Assembly (NCBI GenBank): GCA_021613535.1
Contig: CP075492.1
Coordinates: 1,798,001 to 1,862,000, forward strand
Length of the DNA: 64,000 bases
Direction: 5' to 3'
Source: Adineta vaga
Taxonomy: Eukaryota; Animalia; Rotifera
Below are positions 48,748-61,432 of the stretch, in pieces. The position numbers and the translations under genes were made by a program. The notes below the pieces were generated by a model. That model did no database searches. It was not told the DNA's origin and saw nothing but the letters and a program-made list of their open reading frames with translations. How positions within the stretch are numbered: the stretch's first letter is position 1; each line of letters opens with the position of its first letter.

Positions 48748-49225
48748 TAGTTATCGACTTAGTAACGTTGCATTCAAAAGTATAATATTGGGTGTGACAT
48801 TTTATCAAAATTAAAGTAAGCAAATATTTTAACGGTAATGATCTTCTTTTCTAAAATAAACCATATTACATAATGTGTCATTCAATTTTTTGTTTAAATC
48901 TTTTTTAGAATTTCGTTTTCTCATCACAAATATAGTCAAATTTTACGTTCATATATAAATAATGAATACATAGACTAGCAATGAATCAGTCTATATTTAT
49001 ATACTTTTTTTTGCTTTACTTACATAAACTTATTTAATAATTTCTATTCAAAAGACATTTAGAAAATTCAATTAAGACATTATGATAAATGATGTAGAAT
49101 TCTTTTTTTATTTAAACTATAATTTCTTGTATATTTATCTTATAATCTGCAACAAATAATCAAATAAAGTTATCAAAAACTAATCTAAATCATCTTCAGG
49201 TACTAATATGCGATAATTAATATTT

Positions 49226-51481
49226 TTAGTTTTTCCACGAACGATTGTGATTTTGTTGTTCTTGAAGAAGTTTTGTTACTGTCTGCAACATTACAATTTC
49301 TTCATCGTTTGAAGAAAGAAACGTTCGATATATGTCGATAGCCTTTTGATTATGTGATAATGCAAGTGAAGATTCACCCATTGTTTGATACAATAAACTA
49401 AGATTACCATGTGCTCTAGCTAAATCAGGATGATTAGGTGAAAGTGATTGTTGAAAAATTTCCAATGCTATCGTTTGATTTCTCAATGAATCCGAATACT
49501 GTCCCATTAAATAATATACTAAACCAATATGTTTATATGACGTACCAATATCAGGATGTGTAAGAGAAAGACATTTCTTCTGCAAATTCAACGCTTCTTG
49601 ATGAATTTTAAGTGCAAATGAATAATTCTTCATAGACATATGTGATTCACCCATATTATTAAGTAATGTAGCTATAGAATGATCATTCCGCGAATTTACT
49701 TCTTTCATTATTTTAAGTGCTGTTTCAAAATTTGACAATGCGCGCTCATGTTGTTTATATGATTGATATACTAAGCCAATATTATTGTAGGACACACCAA
49801 GATCAGGATCATTAGATGGTAACGTTTCTTTTCGTATGTTAAGTGCTTTTATATGATAATCAAGTGCATTTGAATTATCTCCTATTGTTCGATATACTTC
49901 TCCGATGTTATTATATACAATAGCTAATTGTCGATGATAACCTGGAGAATTTTGTTTCCATATTTCAAGTGCTTTATTGTAATGAATTAATGCATTTTGA
50001 AATTCACCTTTAGCATCATAGTATTCACCTATGTTAAGATGAGAGGCAGCCAGATCTGGATTATCAGGATGAAGATCACGTTGTCTTTGTTCTAATCCCT
50101 TGTTTAAATGTAATATAGCGGAATCAAGATCATTTTTTTGAGTCAAAATTAGTCCAATATTATTATGAAGAGGTGCATGATCATAGATTGATACATTATC
50201 AGATGTTGATGTCAGTAATGTTCTGTAAATTTCTTCTGCTTTATCATATTCTTTCATTTTCAACATTAAATTACCTAATTCAGCAGGAACTAATTGTCCA
50301 TTAATTTCTTTCCGTATATAATTGGTAAGACGAATTAAATCTTCATCTGTATCTTTTGTCAATGTTAATTCAACACGCCATAATCGATTTTCGATTGATT
50401 CCATTTTCTTAATACGAAATATACTATGTGTTGTAAATAAAATTTCTCTTTCTTGATCATTATAATAACTAATCTTGTCCACAGATGTATATGGAGTTGT
50501 AGATATGGTTGAATCGATTTCTATTGCAAAAATAATACCTGTCATATCAGGATTATCTCTAGCACTATCGGCATACATATATGCGACTTGTTCATCAATT
50601 GTTGTCGATAGAAAACAATTAAATGAGAGAAGACCTTCTATGCTTTTTTCCAAAATCGCAAATTGTTCATTGAACATACCTTGACCTCGATATACAGTTA
50701 ATGATAATCGATTTTCCGGTTTTGAATATAGACTTTCGATCTGTTGATGTAAATCTCGAATAAAAAAGCCCATCTTTATAATAATATCAACATTTTGTTC
50801 ACGAAGTGCTTGATTAAGCATATCAAAAATAAAACAACCTCGAGTGTACCAATAAATAGCTTTTGATGAGTTATAATTATTTTCGAATTCATCAATTAAA
50901 CAATGTGCTGAACCATTTTCAACTTGTTGAACAAGACAAAGGTCGATAAAATCTTGCATTACTGATTTATTATATGTCATTTTAAGAAGAATTTCTTTCA
51001 TTAATTGTGTATACATAAATGATGGATTAAGTCGGTTTAAATCAAGATCAGATGTTATAGAAACAATATCAATTGATGTCAAATTTATATTCATACGATC
51101 AATATCTTCTTTTAGATAAATTTTTAAAGATTCTATTGTTTTGAAAATATCTTTAACTTTTGAACAATTGTACATCCATCGTTCTGGTATTTTTAAATTC
51201 TTTTCATTGCAGAAAATATATATCGAATAGATTTGAGAAATATCTTTAATCAATGGAATAAGTTGTTCAGATAAAGTTTGAGATAGAATTAAAAATATGT
51301 TATCATTTTTTAATTCAGTAAGATAATCAATACATTCATCAGAAGAAATAAATCTTTTTATTGGATATGATAATTGTTTACTAAATGATTCATAATTCGA
51401 ACAATCGTCATTGATATTTGACTCTAACCAAACGATAGTAAAACTTCCAGATTTCTGCTGATCAGAATTCCACAGGGCCAT
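49226..51481 (-). CDS. N-terminal alpha/beta domain - ADP-ribosyltransferase - TPR repeat protein
   Basis: AIYWYT, VYRGQG, FLSTT and QEREILF motifs, followed by about 8 42-aa TPRs (YNNIGxVY). Confidence 0.9.
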   Translation of the reverse strand: MALWNSDQQKSGSFTIVWLESNINDDCSNYESFSKQLSYPIKRFISSDECIDYLTELKNDNIFLILSQTLSEQLIPLIKDISQIYSIYIFCNEKNLKIPERWMYNCSKVKDIFKTIESLKIYLKEDIDRMNINLTSIDIVSITSDLDLNRLNPSFMYTQLMKEILLKMTYNKSVMQDFIDLCLVQQVENGSAHCLIDEFENNYNSSKAIYWYTRGCFIFDMLNQALREQNVDIIIKMGFFIRDLHQQIESLYSKPENRLSLTVYRGQGMFNEQFAILEKSIEGLLSFNCFLSTTIDEQVAYMYADSARDNPDMTGIIFAIEIDSTISTTPYTSVDKISYYNDQEREILFTTHSIFRIKKMESIENRLWRVELTLTKDTDEDLIRLTNYIRKEINGQLVPAELGNLMLKMKEYDKAEEIYRTLLTSTSDNVSIYDHAPLHNNIGLILTQKNDLDSAILHLNKGLEQRQRDLHPDNPDLAASHLNIGEYYDAKGEFQNALIHYNKALEIWKQNSPGYHRQLAIVYNNIGEVYRTIGDNSNALDYHIKALNIRKETLPSNDPDLGVSYNNIGLVYQSYKQHERALSNFETALKIMKEVNSRNDHSIATLLNNMGESHMSMKNYSFALKIHQEALNLQKKCLSLTHPDIGTSYKHIGLVYYLMGQYSDSLRNQTIALEIFQQSLSPNHPDLARAHGNLSLLYQTMGESSLALSHNQKAIDIYRTFLSSNDEEIVMLQTVTKLLQEQQNHNRSWKN

Positions 51482-51859
51482 TATCTTATTGTCTTGTTCT
51501 TTTCTTTAAACTATTTTCGTCTATTTACTAATTGTATTACTATTTCTATGAAATAATACAATTTATCAGATGAATATTTGTTGAAAACGAAATAGAACGC
51601 GTGATATATTAAGAAAAAAACGTTATCTTTCGACAACACCGTATATATACTTAGAGAATGACAATGAGAATAAAAACTGCTGCTTTTTTTCTATTCCTAC
51701 TGGCTTCAGTTCTTATCTTGTTGATTTTCTATTTTACAATAGCATCGTCAAGTTAAATGTAGAAAATTGATAGGATACACAAACGAATAGTATCGATTAG
51801 CTGTGATGATTTCTGATGGGTGTGGGTTCGAGTTCCACGAAGGTCACTTTTTCTCCATT

Positions 51860-51930
51860 TTGAGGGTGTGTGTGTAGGAATGATGCGTAAATATGCTATT
51901 CACATGCATCCACACCTACACCCACCCTTC
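51860..51930. repeat. Telomere-like hairpin element
   Basis: TTGAGGGTGTGTGTG ... CACACCTACACCCACCCTTC; extra left arm at 51818. Confidence 0.8.
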
Positions 51931-52239
51931 TAGAGTGCTTTTACAAACGAAAAATAACAAATATTTCATTGTTTTTTATTTCTATCCATGCAAAACATAT
52001 TCATTTTACTGTTATCAGTTAGTAAACATACAGCATGGTCATATCTCTTTATTCATTTCTACATTAAATTTATTTAAAAACACAAAACACTCTCATTGAC
52101 ATATAGAACAATCTTGAAATTCAATGAATACTTTAAAAAATCTAACGTAGGTAACTCTACAATACTATCCGTATAGTAAAGAAACAAACAAATAAATATA
52201 AACGCGAAACTGCATTTCTGCATGTTGAGTTTTAGATCG

Positions 52240-53190
52240 ATGAATAATTCTTTCCAATTTTTATTATTCATAATATCATACATTATTTTACATATAATCA
52301 ATGGCATACAAGCAGTTCCACCAGGGTTTTTATTAGGAGCAACGTATAGACCTGGATCAGTATCAAACCTATTATGTAAAATTAATCCATTAACTGGAGA
52401 ATTTACAACATTCATTTCATTGGATGATTATAAAGCTTATGATCTTACTTATGATATTATACATAAAAAATTCTATATTTTTGGTAGCCAAGGATTTATA
52501 AAACGAGAAGCACAATTGTCAGTACTTGTAGTTAATCCATTCAATGGTACAAAACAATATCGACCAATTACTTCAGAAGATGATACTGAACTATTTGGTT
52601 TACGTGTTGATAGTAGTACAGGACAATTATATTCATTACAAATGATAGATTTAGAAAAGAATCCTGTAAGTATCGTTCATATAGATCCAATTACATTTCA
52701 TGCTAAACGATGGGCAAATATAACTAAATCTGATGGTATACAACCTGATTCAATGGCAATATTCTATAATTCAACACATCATCAATATTTCGTGACAGTA
52801 GCTGGATCTGGTTATGCAGATGATCTTGTTGGTGTTGATTTAGTACAACGAAAAGTAATTAGTCGAATTTCGAACTCTAATTTACCAGCGTATTTATGTT
52901 ATGATAATACAACAAATGCTTTCTATGGTATGCAAGAGGTTCAAGGTAAACGTGCCTGCCGTTTAGTACGTTTGAATCCTTATAATGGTACTTTGAGCAT
53001 TTTATCTCATGATTTTAATGATTATCTATCATCAACAGGAACTTGTTATGGAGGATTTTATTTTACAATGATTGTTGAAAAGTTAGATACACAGAAAATA
53101 GTGACATTTGATTTAATTAATGGTGGAAAAATAGTAGCGAATAGTTCTGCAGAAGATTATTTAGATGCAATCGCATTTGTTCCACTTTAA
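52240..53190 (+). CDS. Secreted beta-propeller-like hypothetical protein
   Basis: Signal peptide MNNSFQFLLFIISYIILHIINGIQA; repeated (I/V/L)(N/D)PxxG turns; intronless. Confidence 0.7.
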   Translation: MNNSFQFLLFIISYIILHIINGIQAVPPGFLLGATYRPGSVSNLLCKINPLTGEFTTFISLDDYKAYDLTYDIIHKKFYIFGSQGFIKREAQLSVLVVNPFNGTKQYRPITSEDDTELFGLRVDSSTGQLYSLQMIDLEKNPVSIVHIDPITFHAKRWANITKSDGIQPDSMAIFYNSTHHQYFVTVAGSGYADDLVGVDLVQRKVISRISNSNLPAYLCYDNTTNAFYGMQEVQGKRACRLVRLNPYNGTLSILSHDFNDYLSSTGTCYGGFYFTMIVEKLDTQKIVTFDLINGGKIVANSSAEDYLDAIAFVPL

Positions 53191-53219
53191 TAATGATTTT
53201 TTTTGTTCTGTTATTCTAT

Positions 53220-54329
53220 TCAAATATATAAACCCCTATGATACTTTACCATTAATGATGAATAATAGTAAGAATATATTGTCGAATACGACGACAGAGT
53301 AAGAAAAATTGTCTTCGAAATGTAATTGATGCCAATGTATAAATATAAAATGTAATCTATTTTCAAAGAGAGAAGAAAAAAAACAATTATAGAATGATTA
53401 TTTCTTATTATTATTATTATAAAACATACTGCACAGTGTGTATAAAGAAGAATTGTTGTTATTCGACCAATAAAATTATCGATTGCGAGCTGTTTTGAAC
53501 TTTTTTTCGAATTTCTCGTTGAAAATAAATATATTCCATGAATTGCCTTAGGAGAATTGATGATTATATATGATAATACTTGAATAAGACTTAATTTAAT
53601 TAATTGAAAATTATGATTTGATATTCGTTGTTGTTGTACATTAGGAATTTGTATTGGTAAATTATTATTTCGTTCGTTAAGTTCAATTAGGTTGATATGT
53701 GGTGTATGTTTATTCATCACATTTTTCTTTAATAAACGTATTAAAGTTAATGTTGTAAATAAAATTAAGATAAAAAAAGATACTAGAGTTGAAATAAGAC
53801 TAAGAATTAAATAAAATATTGAATAAAATGAATCAATTGATGCATCACAAATATTATTTTTTAAAGTAAATCCTATTGATGAATGAATATTAAATATAAG
53901 CCAAATAGTTGTAGTGATCAGAAGAATTCGTCGAATAACTGATAAATTACTCATTTGACGAATTCGTGCATGTAATGATGTTACTAACCATCGATCAATA
54001 GATATTAAACATATATAATAACGGGATAAAAAAATACCATTAAAAAGAAAATAAACAAAAAATTTACACCAAAATAATGAATGAAGTGCGATATCAAATC
54101 CAGTTATTGAAAATATAATTTGAGTGAAACAAGGAATAAAAAGAACTATGAGATGAACAATTGAAAGACTAATAAAATATAATGAACAACCGGTATTTTT
54201 TAATGTATTTTGAGAAAAAACTAAGATATTTAAGAAATTTCCAATTATACCAAAGAAACATATCGCACTTAAATAATATATATTTATATTTATTAAAATA
54301 TTATCAAGTTGAATTGATAATGTTGACAT
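53220..54329 (-). CDS. Orphan class A GPCR (probable short intron near 53360-53429, so the true stop is uncertain)
   Basis: GIIGN, WCK and SIDRW motifs; seven hydrophobic segments. Confidence 0.8.
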   Translation of the reverse strand: MSTLSIQLDNILININIYYLSAICFFGIIGNFLNILVFSQNTLKNTGCSLYFISLSIVHLIVLFIPCFTQIIFSITGFDIALHSLFWCKFFVYFLFNGIFLSRYYICLISIDRWLVTSLHARIRQMSNLSVIRRILLITTTIWLIFNIHSSIGFTLKNNICDASIDSFYSIFYLILSLISTLVSFFILILFTTLTLIRLLKKNVMNKHTPHINLIELNERNNNLPIQIPNVQQQRISNHNFQLIKLSLIQVLSYIIINSPKAIHGIYLFSTRNSKKSSKQLAIDNFIGRITTILLYTHCAVCFIIIIIRNNHSIIVFFLLSLKIDYILYLYIGINYISKTIFLTLSSYSTIYSYYYSSLMVKYHRGLYI

Positions 54330-54902
54330 TGAATTAATCAAATTTAAGTTCTTTTAAATGTTTTATATTCTAATTCAAATAATAATATAAAAATTACGTA
54401 ATTTGCTTCAATTAATTCAGAATATTATAAAACGAATGAATCTAGATATCAAAGATTTACTTTAGTATGAAGGTTTGAATTGTTAATGTATATTATATAG
54501 ATCAACTGTAATGTTGTATCGATATAGATAAAATTGGAGCAAATATTAAATATTTATCTTTTTATGAATGTTCCAAATGTTAATGTATAACTGATATATA
54601 ATAAGAATTTAAAGGGAGAATATATAATTTGCAGATTAGACGAATAAACATCAACATATATTTATTTGATCGATAATTAATTACTTTGTCGTTTCAAAAA
54701 ATGATTTTATCAAACCACATATATGATCTTTGTATAAGTAGAAAACTTCATTTGATGCTATTAACCACACATAAACAGTTAAAACTTTCAGACTAAACTC
54801 AATAGTTGATATCCGCTTTTAATTTCTACATATCATTGCATTAGCTATAGTTGATTTAGTAGTTAACACTTTCCTCTTTACGTTTTTATTTGATATCTAC
54901 TC

Positions 54903-54952
54903 TTGAGAGTGGGTGTGAGTATACAATGATAGAAACCTTGTCTACATCCTCA
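54903..54952. repeat. Telomere-like hairpin element (degenerate)
   Basis: TTGAGAGTGGGTGTGAG ... CTACATCCTCA. Confidence 0.6.
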
Positions 54953-55415
54953 GCTATACAATATTTACACCACTCTATTTTAGACAATAAATTACCTAGT
55001 AGAACAACAATAGAAATATTCTGTAAAAGAATCTATAAAATTACATTCAATTCCTATCTCCAAATAAAAACACTCTCATCGCTAAGCCATACGGCTAACA
55101 CCTCTATATATTATATATATTTCATGATTTTATACTGATCTTATGATACATATATCGAATTTTAAAGATTAAGGTTATGTCTGGTTATGATCCAATAGAA
55201 GATTAGTTCTAAAAGAACACAGGAAATTAAATTTTTTTGAAAAACTTGTCACAAGTTGTTTTTCTGCAAATAATTTAATTATAATTTATGATAGAAAAGT
55301 GTTAACTGTCTGGAAAAAAGACGAGTACTTCTATAGAAAGTTAATATTTCAAGAAGTTTCTTAGATTAGATCAACATACTGCAAGTAGCTCCGAGAATTA
55401 TTTCCAGTCTTTATC

Positions 55416-56438
55416 ATGTCGAATTCAATTTATGATTTGATTCTCAGCATCTATTTCGTTACAATACGAATATCTCAAATCACTCCACCATTTCATTTAA
55501 CTTTTGGAACATTTGGAAATGTACTTAATATTATTCTTTTTACACGTCCAAATTTACGAACTAATCCATGTTCAATATATTTTATAGCTAGTTCAATCAA
55601 TAATATTTTGTTTATGTATCTATTCGAGTTGATAAATTATCTTTCAAGTATCTGGGATGTGTATATACTACCAAAAAGCAATTTTTGGTGTAAATTAGAC
55701 ATTATCATTGGATATTTGCCATTTTCACTTATATTATGGTTTCCTGTACTTGCCAGTATCGATCGATTTCTGTCAAGTTCACGAAACATACAAGTTCGTC
55801 ACTTGAGTAGTTTGAAAATAGCACGTCGAGTGATCGTTGCTATCTATATCGTCTTTCTTCTACTTCTTCTGCACTTGTTTATATATTATGAGCTGGTTCC
55901 AACTTCTAATAATGGATTTGATTGTGGCGTAAGTTCCGAAGAATACTTTGTTTTCTTTAACTTTTTCGTGCCTATACTATGCTGCATTTTACCAATTCTT
56001 TTGATGTGTATATTCGGTATTTTAATTTTATGTAATGTTCGCAGTGTGATTGCCCGTATTGTTCCACATGCTGACAATGCACGAAATGATCACATACGTT
56101 CTAATGATCGTCATATGGCTAAAATGCTTTTATTTCAAATACTCATCACTGTTATAATGTCACTTCCATATATAGGAACCACTATGTTCTATACATTAGC
56201 TGTAGTTAAGTATAAATATGATCTTTCATTACTACAAAGTATGATTTATACTTGTGCTAATGTTATAGCCGGACTCCTCTATTATACCAATTCTGTTACT
56301 GGATTTTATATTTATACGATGACAAGTTCCAAATTTCGCAAGGAAATGAAACATTGTATCCGTTTGGGATTAATTAAATATTTCCCGATGAGAATACGAC
56401 CGACACTGACAAATACTAATCCCGCGCAGCCACAATGA
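55416..56438 (+). CDS. Orphan class A GPCR
   Basis: GTFGN, NPCSIYF, WCK, ASIDRF and FYIYT..S.KFR motifs. Confidence 0.9.
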   Translation: MSNSIYDLILSIYFVTIRISQITPPFHLTFGTFGNVLNIILFTRPNLRTNPCSIYFIASSINNILFMYLFELINYLSSIWDVYILPKSNFWCKLDIIIGYLPFSLILWFPVLASIDRFLSSSRNIQVRHLSSLKIARRVIVAIYIVFLLLLLHLFIYYELVPTSNNGFDCGVSSEEYFVFFNFFVPILCCILPILLMCIFGILILCNVRSVIARIVPHADNARNDHIRSNDRHMAKMLLFQILITVIMSLPYIGTTMFYTLAVVKYKYDLSLLQSMIYTCANVIAGLLYYTNSVTGFYIYTMTSSKFRKEMKHCIRLGLIKYFPMRIRPTLTNTNPAQPQ

Positions 56439-56516
56439 ATGTTGTAAAGATTAACATGCGGATTTTATCGTCTTATTGAATAAATAATTGCTCTAACTCT
56501 TTACATTCTATAAAGA

Positions 56517-56557
56517 AGGGTGTGGATGTTTCAATACTAATGCTCTCACACCCTCAA
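56517..56557. repeat. Telomere-like hairpin element
   Basis: AGGGTGTGGATG ... CTCACACCCTCAA. Confidence 0.8.
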
Positions 56558-56896
56558 AATAATACAGTTTCATTTCTCACAACTACTAACAAGTCATTTT
56601 ACCCTAAAGAAATTCTTTTTCTCTTTAGCGTGTATATTGCGATACTATAAAATTGATATAATGACAGATGACTTAAATAGATAAAAATTTATTGATATTA
56701 TACATTGACATTTTGTTACCAAATCAAATTAATTTCATCTTTTCATTTAATGCATTGTGATGAATAATATGTCAATTTCACCTGAGGTATTTTAATTATC
56801 ATCGATTCATTATCATAATTATATTTCCTTTACCTTGATAAAAGTAATTGGTTTTTTTGCGAATAGCTATCATTTCATTCAAAACAAAACAAAATA

Positions 56897-57853
56897 ATGG
56901 GTAATGAAATTTGTAAAGATCATTCAGCAACATTAGGCAATGGAGGTAAAATTTTCTTTTTTCGTTCATCTAAAAACAAATTAAATCTATTAGAAATCGC
57001 TGCGTTAAAAGCAAATACAAAACTTACTGAAAAAGGTTAAAAAAAAGCATTTTTTAATAAATAACCATTTGATTTAATTTTCTATTTAGAAATTCGAGAT
57101 ATGTATAATGTAAATATGATCTTAATTAAACATAAAAATGATCTCGATGTATGTTAAGGATTTTCAAAAAGGTGGTGGAGCAGGTGATGGAAAAATAACT
57201 AAAGATGAATTTCGTCGATATTATACAAAATCTATCGGATCTGATGATGAAGATGGAATTTTAGCTGGGTATATTTTACTTTTTTTATTATGTATATTTT
57301 ATATGTTTTGTTTTGTTTTTAAGAAATACATTTGCTGCATTTGATACTAATCATGATGGTTCTATTAGTTTTACTGAATTTGTTTTTGCTATTCTAGCAC
57401 ATAATAAAACAGATTTAGATAGTATATTGGATTTTTCATTTGAAGTGTAATATTCGAGTTTGTTTTTTTCAAGAAATTAACTTTTTTTATTTTTTGAAAT
57501 ATTTAGAATGGATATATCAGGTGATGGACAAATTAGTTTTGATGAATTAAAAAGTTATTTACAAAAAGCTGTATGATTTAAATAGAGAAAATAAATTTAA
57601 TTTGTTTTCTTTATCTTTTAGACAGTATTGGCTGTTGGATATGGAAAAGCTGATGAAGATGATATGAATCAAACTGCTGAAAATATTTTTCGAGAATTTC
57701 GTCTGAATAAAACACAAAAATTGAATAAACAACAATTCATACAAGGGTAAGTAGTTCAAAGTTTATTTTTTTCTCTTTCAATGCATAAATTCCTTTTTTG
57801 ATAGATGTAAAAAGAATAAAACACTCGCAAACATATTTACTGGATCGAAATAA
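56897..57853 (+). CDS. Neuronal calcium sensor/recoverin-like EF-hand protein, 8 small exons
   Basis: MGNE N-terminus (myristoylation-like); EF loops FDTNHDGSISFTEF and MDISGDGQISFDEL; GT-AG micro-introns. Confidence 0.85.
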
Positions 57854-58466
57854 ATTCCTTTTATCTATTAAAATCATCAAACATTTCTCTCTATGTACTG
57901 ATTTTTGCTTTAATCTTTGAAATAAATTTCCATTAGAAATTCAAGAGATTTCCCTGAAACGTTTTTGCCATCTAAAAATCGTAGACAATACATTAAAATT
58001 TCGGTAATTGACAATTTCTTGTATACTCTGATCAAATTCTTTGAATATTGAACTTGCAAACAATATTAATTTTGATTTAATATTTGAGTACTTCTACAAA
58101 GAATGATGATTGGCGTTTTTAATCAAAATAATTAGATCTACTCCTGTATATTCAATTTCTAAATGAAAAGATATTGTCTGTATACTTAATGGGTGGCAGT
58201 TTCATTTATCTCAGGCATTTTGTCAGTTATTTTTTGATTTGAATAGAATGATAATGTTTTTTTTTCTCTATAAATATCATCAAGTTGTACGAGTGAAAAT
58301 TATCCTACCCAAGACAAAAATTATGGGTGATGACGCTAGTAAAAGTCACTTTGCATCAATAAGTAGTTTAGGTGAACTTCTATAATTTTCTTCACTTTGT
58401 TTTTCATACATTGAAGTAATTTGTTTGATTAGAAATTGCTACTCTTATAACTAATTCAAGACTCAG

Positions 58467-58506
58467 TGAGGGTGTGGGTGTTCTTTCTTGTCACACCCAC
58501 ACCCAC
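58467..58506. repeat. Telomere-like hairpin element
   Basis: TGAGGGTGTGGGTGT ... ACACCCACACCCAC. Confidence 0.85.
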
Positions 58507-59919
58507 GCTATCTAATTATATATAACAAGATAATTTATATTTCTAAAATATGCAATATTAATATTATCTGACGAAAGAGAATATCCAAGACTTAACCATT
58601 TTCTTCTCTTGAAATAATTCAAATGCGTTTTTATACACATTGAGGTCAATATATATCGTAAGACAGATTAAAATTAAGTTTAACTTAAAACTGACCTAGT
58701 GCAGATCAAAATATTTTAATCTGTCCTACAACATATATATGAATACATTATGATTACCGAGATAAGAGGAAACATCAAATAACCATGATAGAGAAAGTAG
58801 TACAGAGAGAATTTCTTCGTTAGATAAATGAGAATAATATTATTCGAATCCTTACACTATCAATATTTGATTTAATACGAAGCAGTGTTATATGATATCT
58901 TCTAACTGATACTAAATACTATTCATATTTGTTGCATGAATTTATCGATATCCTACTCATTTGTAATGTATCCAACGCATTACGATTCTTATCAAAACGG
59001 TTTGAATTACTCAGTTTAAATATGCTGTTAAAGCAATGCAAAAAAAATGAATTGCAGGAGAAATGCATTACAATGGTTTTTTTCACTCAAATAGTTGTAC
59101 ACCATCAAAAATGTCCGAAATCATGCGTTTTAATGCATTAACATGATAAACTCAAAAAATTGTTTAGTTCACAAATAGTCAAAACTAGTTTAAAATAGGA
59201 AAAAAATGCGATTGTTAAAACGCACAATTCCGGACATTTTTGACTGTGCGAAACGCATTAAGTGAAAGAAAAGGAGCATTTGTTAAAACGCGTCAGTTTC
59301 ATATTTTTGACTGCATGGGTTCTGTGTACAAAACGTCAACTCAATTGCTTGAGTTTTTGAAGAGTTATCGTGTTAACGGCCGGACAGGCACACTAACCGA
59401 TTCTAGTAGTGCACTCACTTTTTGAGTACACAACAAGAAAATGTTTTCCGTTCTGTTGTGCACACAAAAAAAGCTTGTGAATCACTCTCTTTAATGAATT
59501 CAGCCGATAAACAAGTCGGCAGAATGTAGGAAAACATTTTCTGTCCTTATTTGTTTTCAATTTGAGAAAGCAATTTTCAAAAGGTTAATAGTATAGACTG
59601 GGAAAAAACCCAGTAGCATACCATTATGGTAAAATATATATAAATAAAGATTTTCAAGATATTTGAAGATCTATTACAGTAGGTATGTACAGAAAGTGTG
59701 AAGATTTTTATAATAATTAATAGTAATTATATTATATGGAGATGCTGCACGAGAGTCTCTTGTGAAACTTTTGAATTTATTATTGAGGTTATTTGAAATG
59801 CGAAGAATCTACGATTTTCTTACGTATATTATGTCTGATCTTCATTTCGGCTGAATCTTGTTACAATAAAAGTTCGCTTAAAATATTTCAATTTTAGGAC
59901 AACAATTGTTAACACAATT

Positions 59920-61300
59920 ATGTCTGAAGAACATTCTTCTCAATTACGGGAAAACAGTAAACTTTCTCTGGATGAAACAGAAACATCTAATCACCATCGT
60001 TCTAAAAAACACAAAAATGACGCATCCGATTCATTTGATGATGCTGAATTTGAAACAAACAAAAAAGTGAGTTCTATATTACAGCTGTCCGAATGTTATA
60101 AAACGAACTTATATTATAGAATAAGTTCGAAGAACTACATAGGAAAATAGACGAAATGCATTCATTAATGCGTGACAATGATAATGCTGATATAGAGAAG
60201 ATTAAAACAGTTTTTGGGAATTTACGAAAAATCATTGACGGATATGAAGAAACTTTAAAAACGAAAGTTCGTGCGATCGAACAACAGAAAAAACCATCAA
60301 CAGTAGAATATATTACTTTAACTGAAAAGATAACACAGTTCTTTCGAAGTAAAAATGAAGGATCTGAAACAAATGTTGATCAATCAATAGAAAATATAAA
60401 TAAATTATTAGCGGATATCGAACAATTTAAAACGCAAATAATTAAACTCAAAAACGAGAAGAAGAAATCTGATTATTGTATTGATGAAATAAACAATTTA
60501 GAAACTAACATTGAAACTGTTCTTGGTCATACATGTATCACAGGTAATCACTCTGTATAAGTTATTTTATGAAAAAAAAATAATGTTTTTCTTTTCTTAA
60601 AACTATTTTCGGTATTAAGAAGATTGATCTGATTATGAGACATTTTCTCTGAAGAATAAGAATAAACAATGATTTCGATTTGAAAATTTGCTTTAAAAAA
60701 AGAGAATAAAAATGAAAAAAGCAAACTGATACATTCCACTGTTTTCTTTAAAATATTATAAAATACAAATAAAAAGTAGAAACATTCTACAGTGAGACTT
60801 TCTTTTCATTCTGTCTAAATTGAATGCGAACTAAAGTATAATTATATTCATTGTATTATATTTACGTCACTTTTTATTTAGAATTTGCGATTCCAGGTAC
60901 TTATCCCGAGTTGAAGTGCAAGGGTCGTGCATGTAAAACGTGCGGTAAATGTCGTGATTGGTACTATAGTGGTGATCGAACAACGTGGGAGTGGATAGTA
61001 AAGGAAAATGAGTGGGATGAAGAAGATCGGAAGCGTTGGGATGACGGCGAATATAAGAACCGTTTCCAAAGCCGTAACGGTTATACATGTGTTGGTCGGT
61101 TTGGTTATTACTATGATCGTAATGATGATTATCATGGTGGTCATATTACTTTCGATTGTAATTATTACTGTAGAGCATGTGGTTCTTTTCTTTACGATCG
61201 TGATTATGGTCCTTGTGGTTGTTGCCAAGGTTCTCGCTCTTCTTATACATATGATGTTTTCCCTTATTGTCAATGTATCAACAATATCAAACAAAAATGA
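59920..61300 (+). CDS. Coiled-coil protein with Cys-rich C-terminal domain (exons about 59920-60066, 60120-60543, 60891-61300)
   Basis: Three same-strand ORFs with GT/AG boundaries; CKGRACKTCGKCRDW and other Cys clusters. Confidence 0.6.
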
Positions 61301-61432
61301 ATTTTTATTTAAATTACAAAACTTTCGAGACAATTTTATTTGATCCCTGTTTATCCTAATTTTTAAATTTGATTGGAACAACAAAACTTTTTAATTGATG
61401 GCGATGATGTGGTTGTGTATATCTGAATGATG

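Noticed and set aside
58965-59340. Region with recurring AACGCA/TGCGTT motifs
   Set aside because: Probably decayed transposon subterminal repeats, but I could not define termini or a TSD.
60867-61384. Antisense and alternative-frame ORFs (also those overlapping FG-GAP, gag, pol and TGase)
   Set aside because: Shadow frames of real coding regions.
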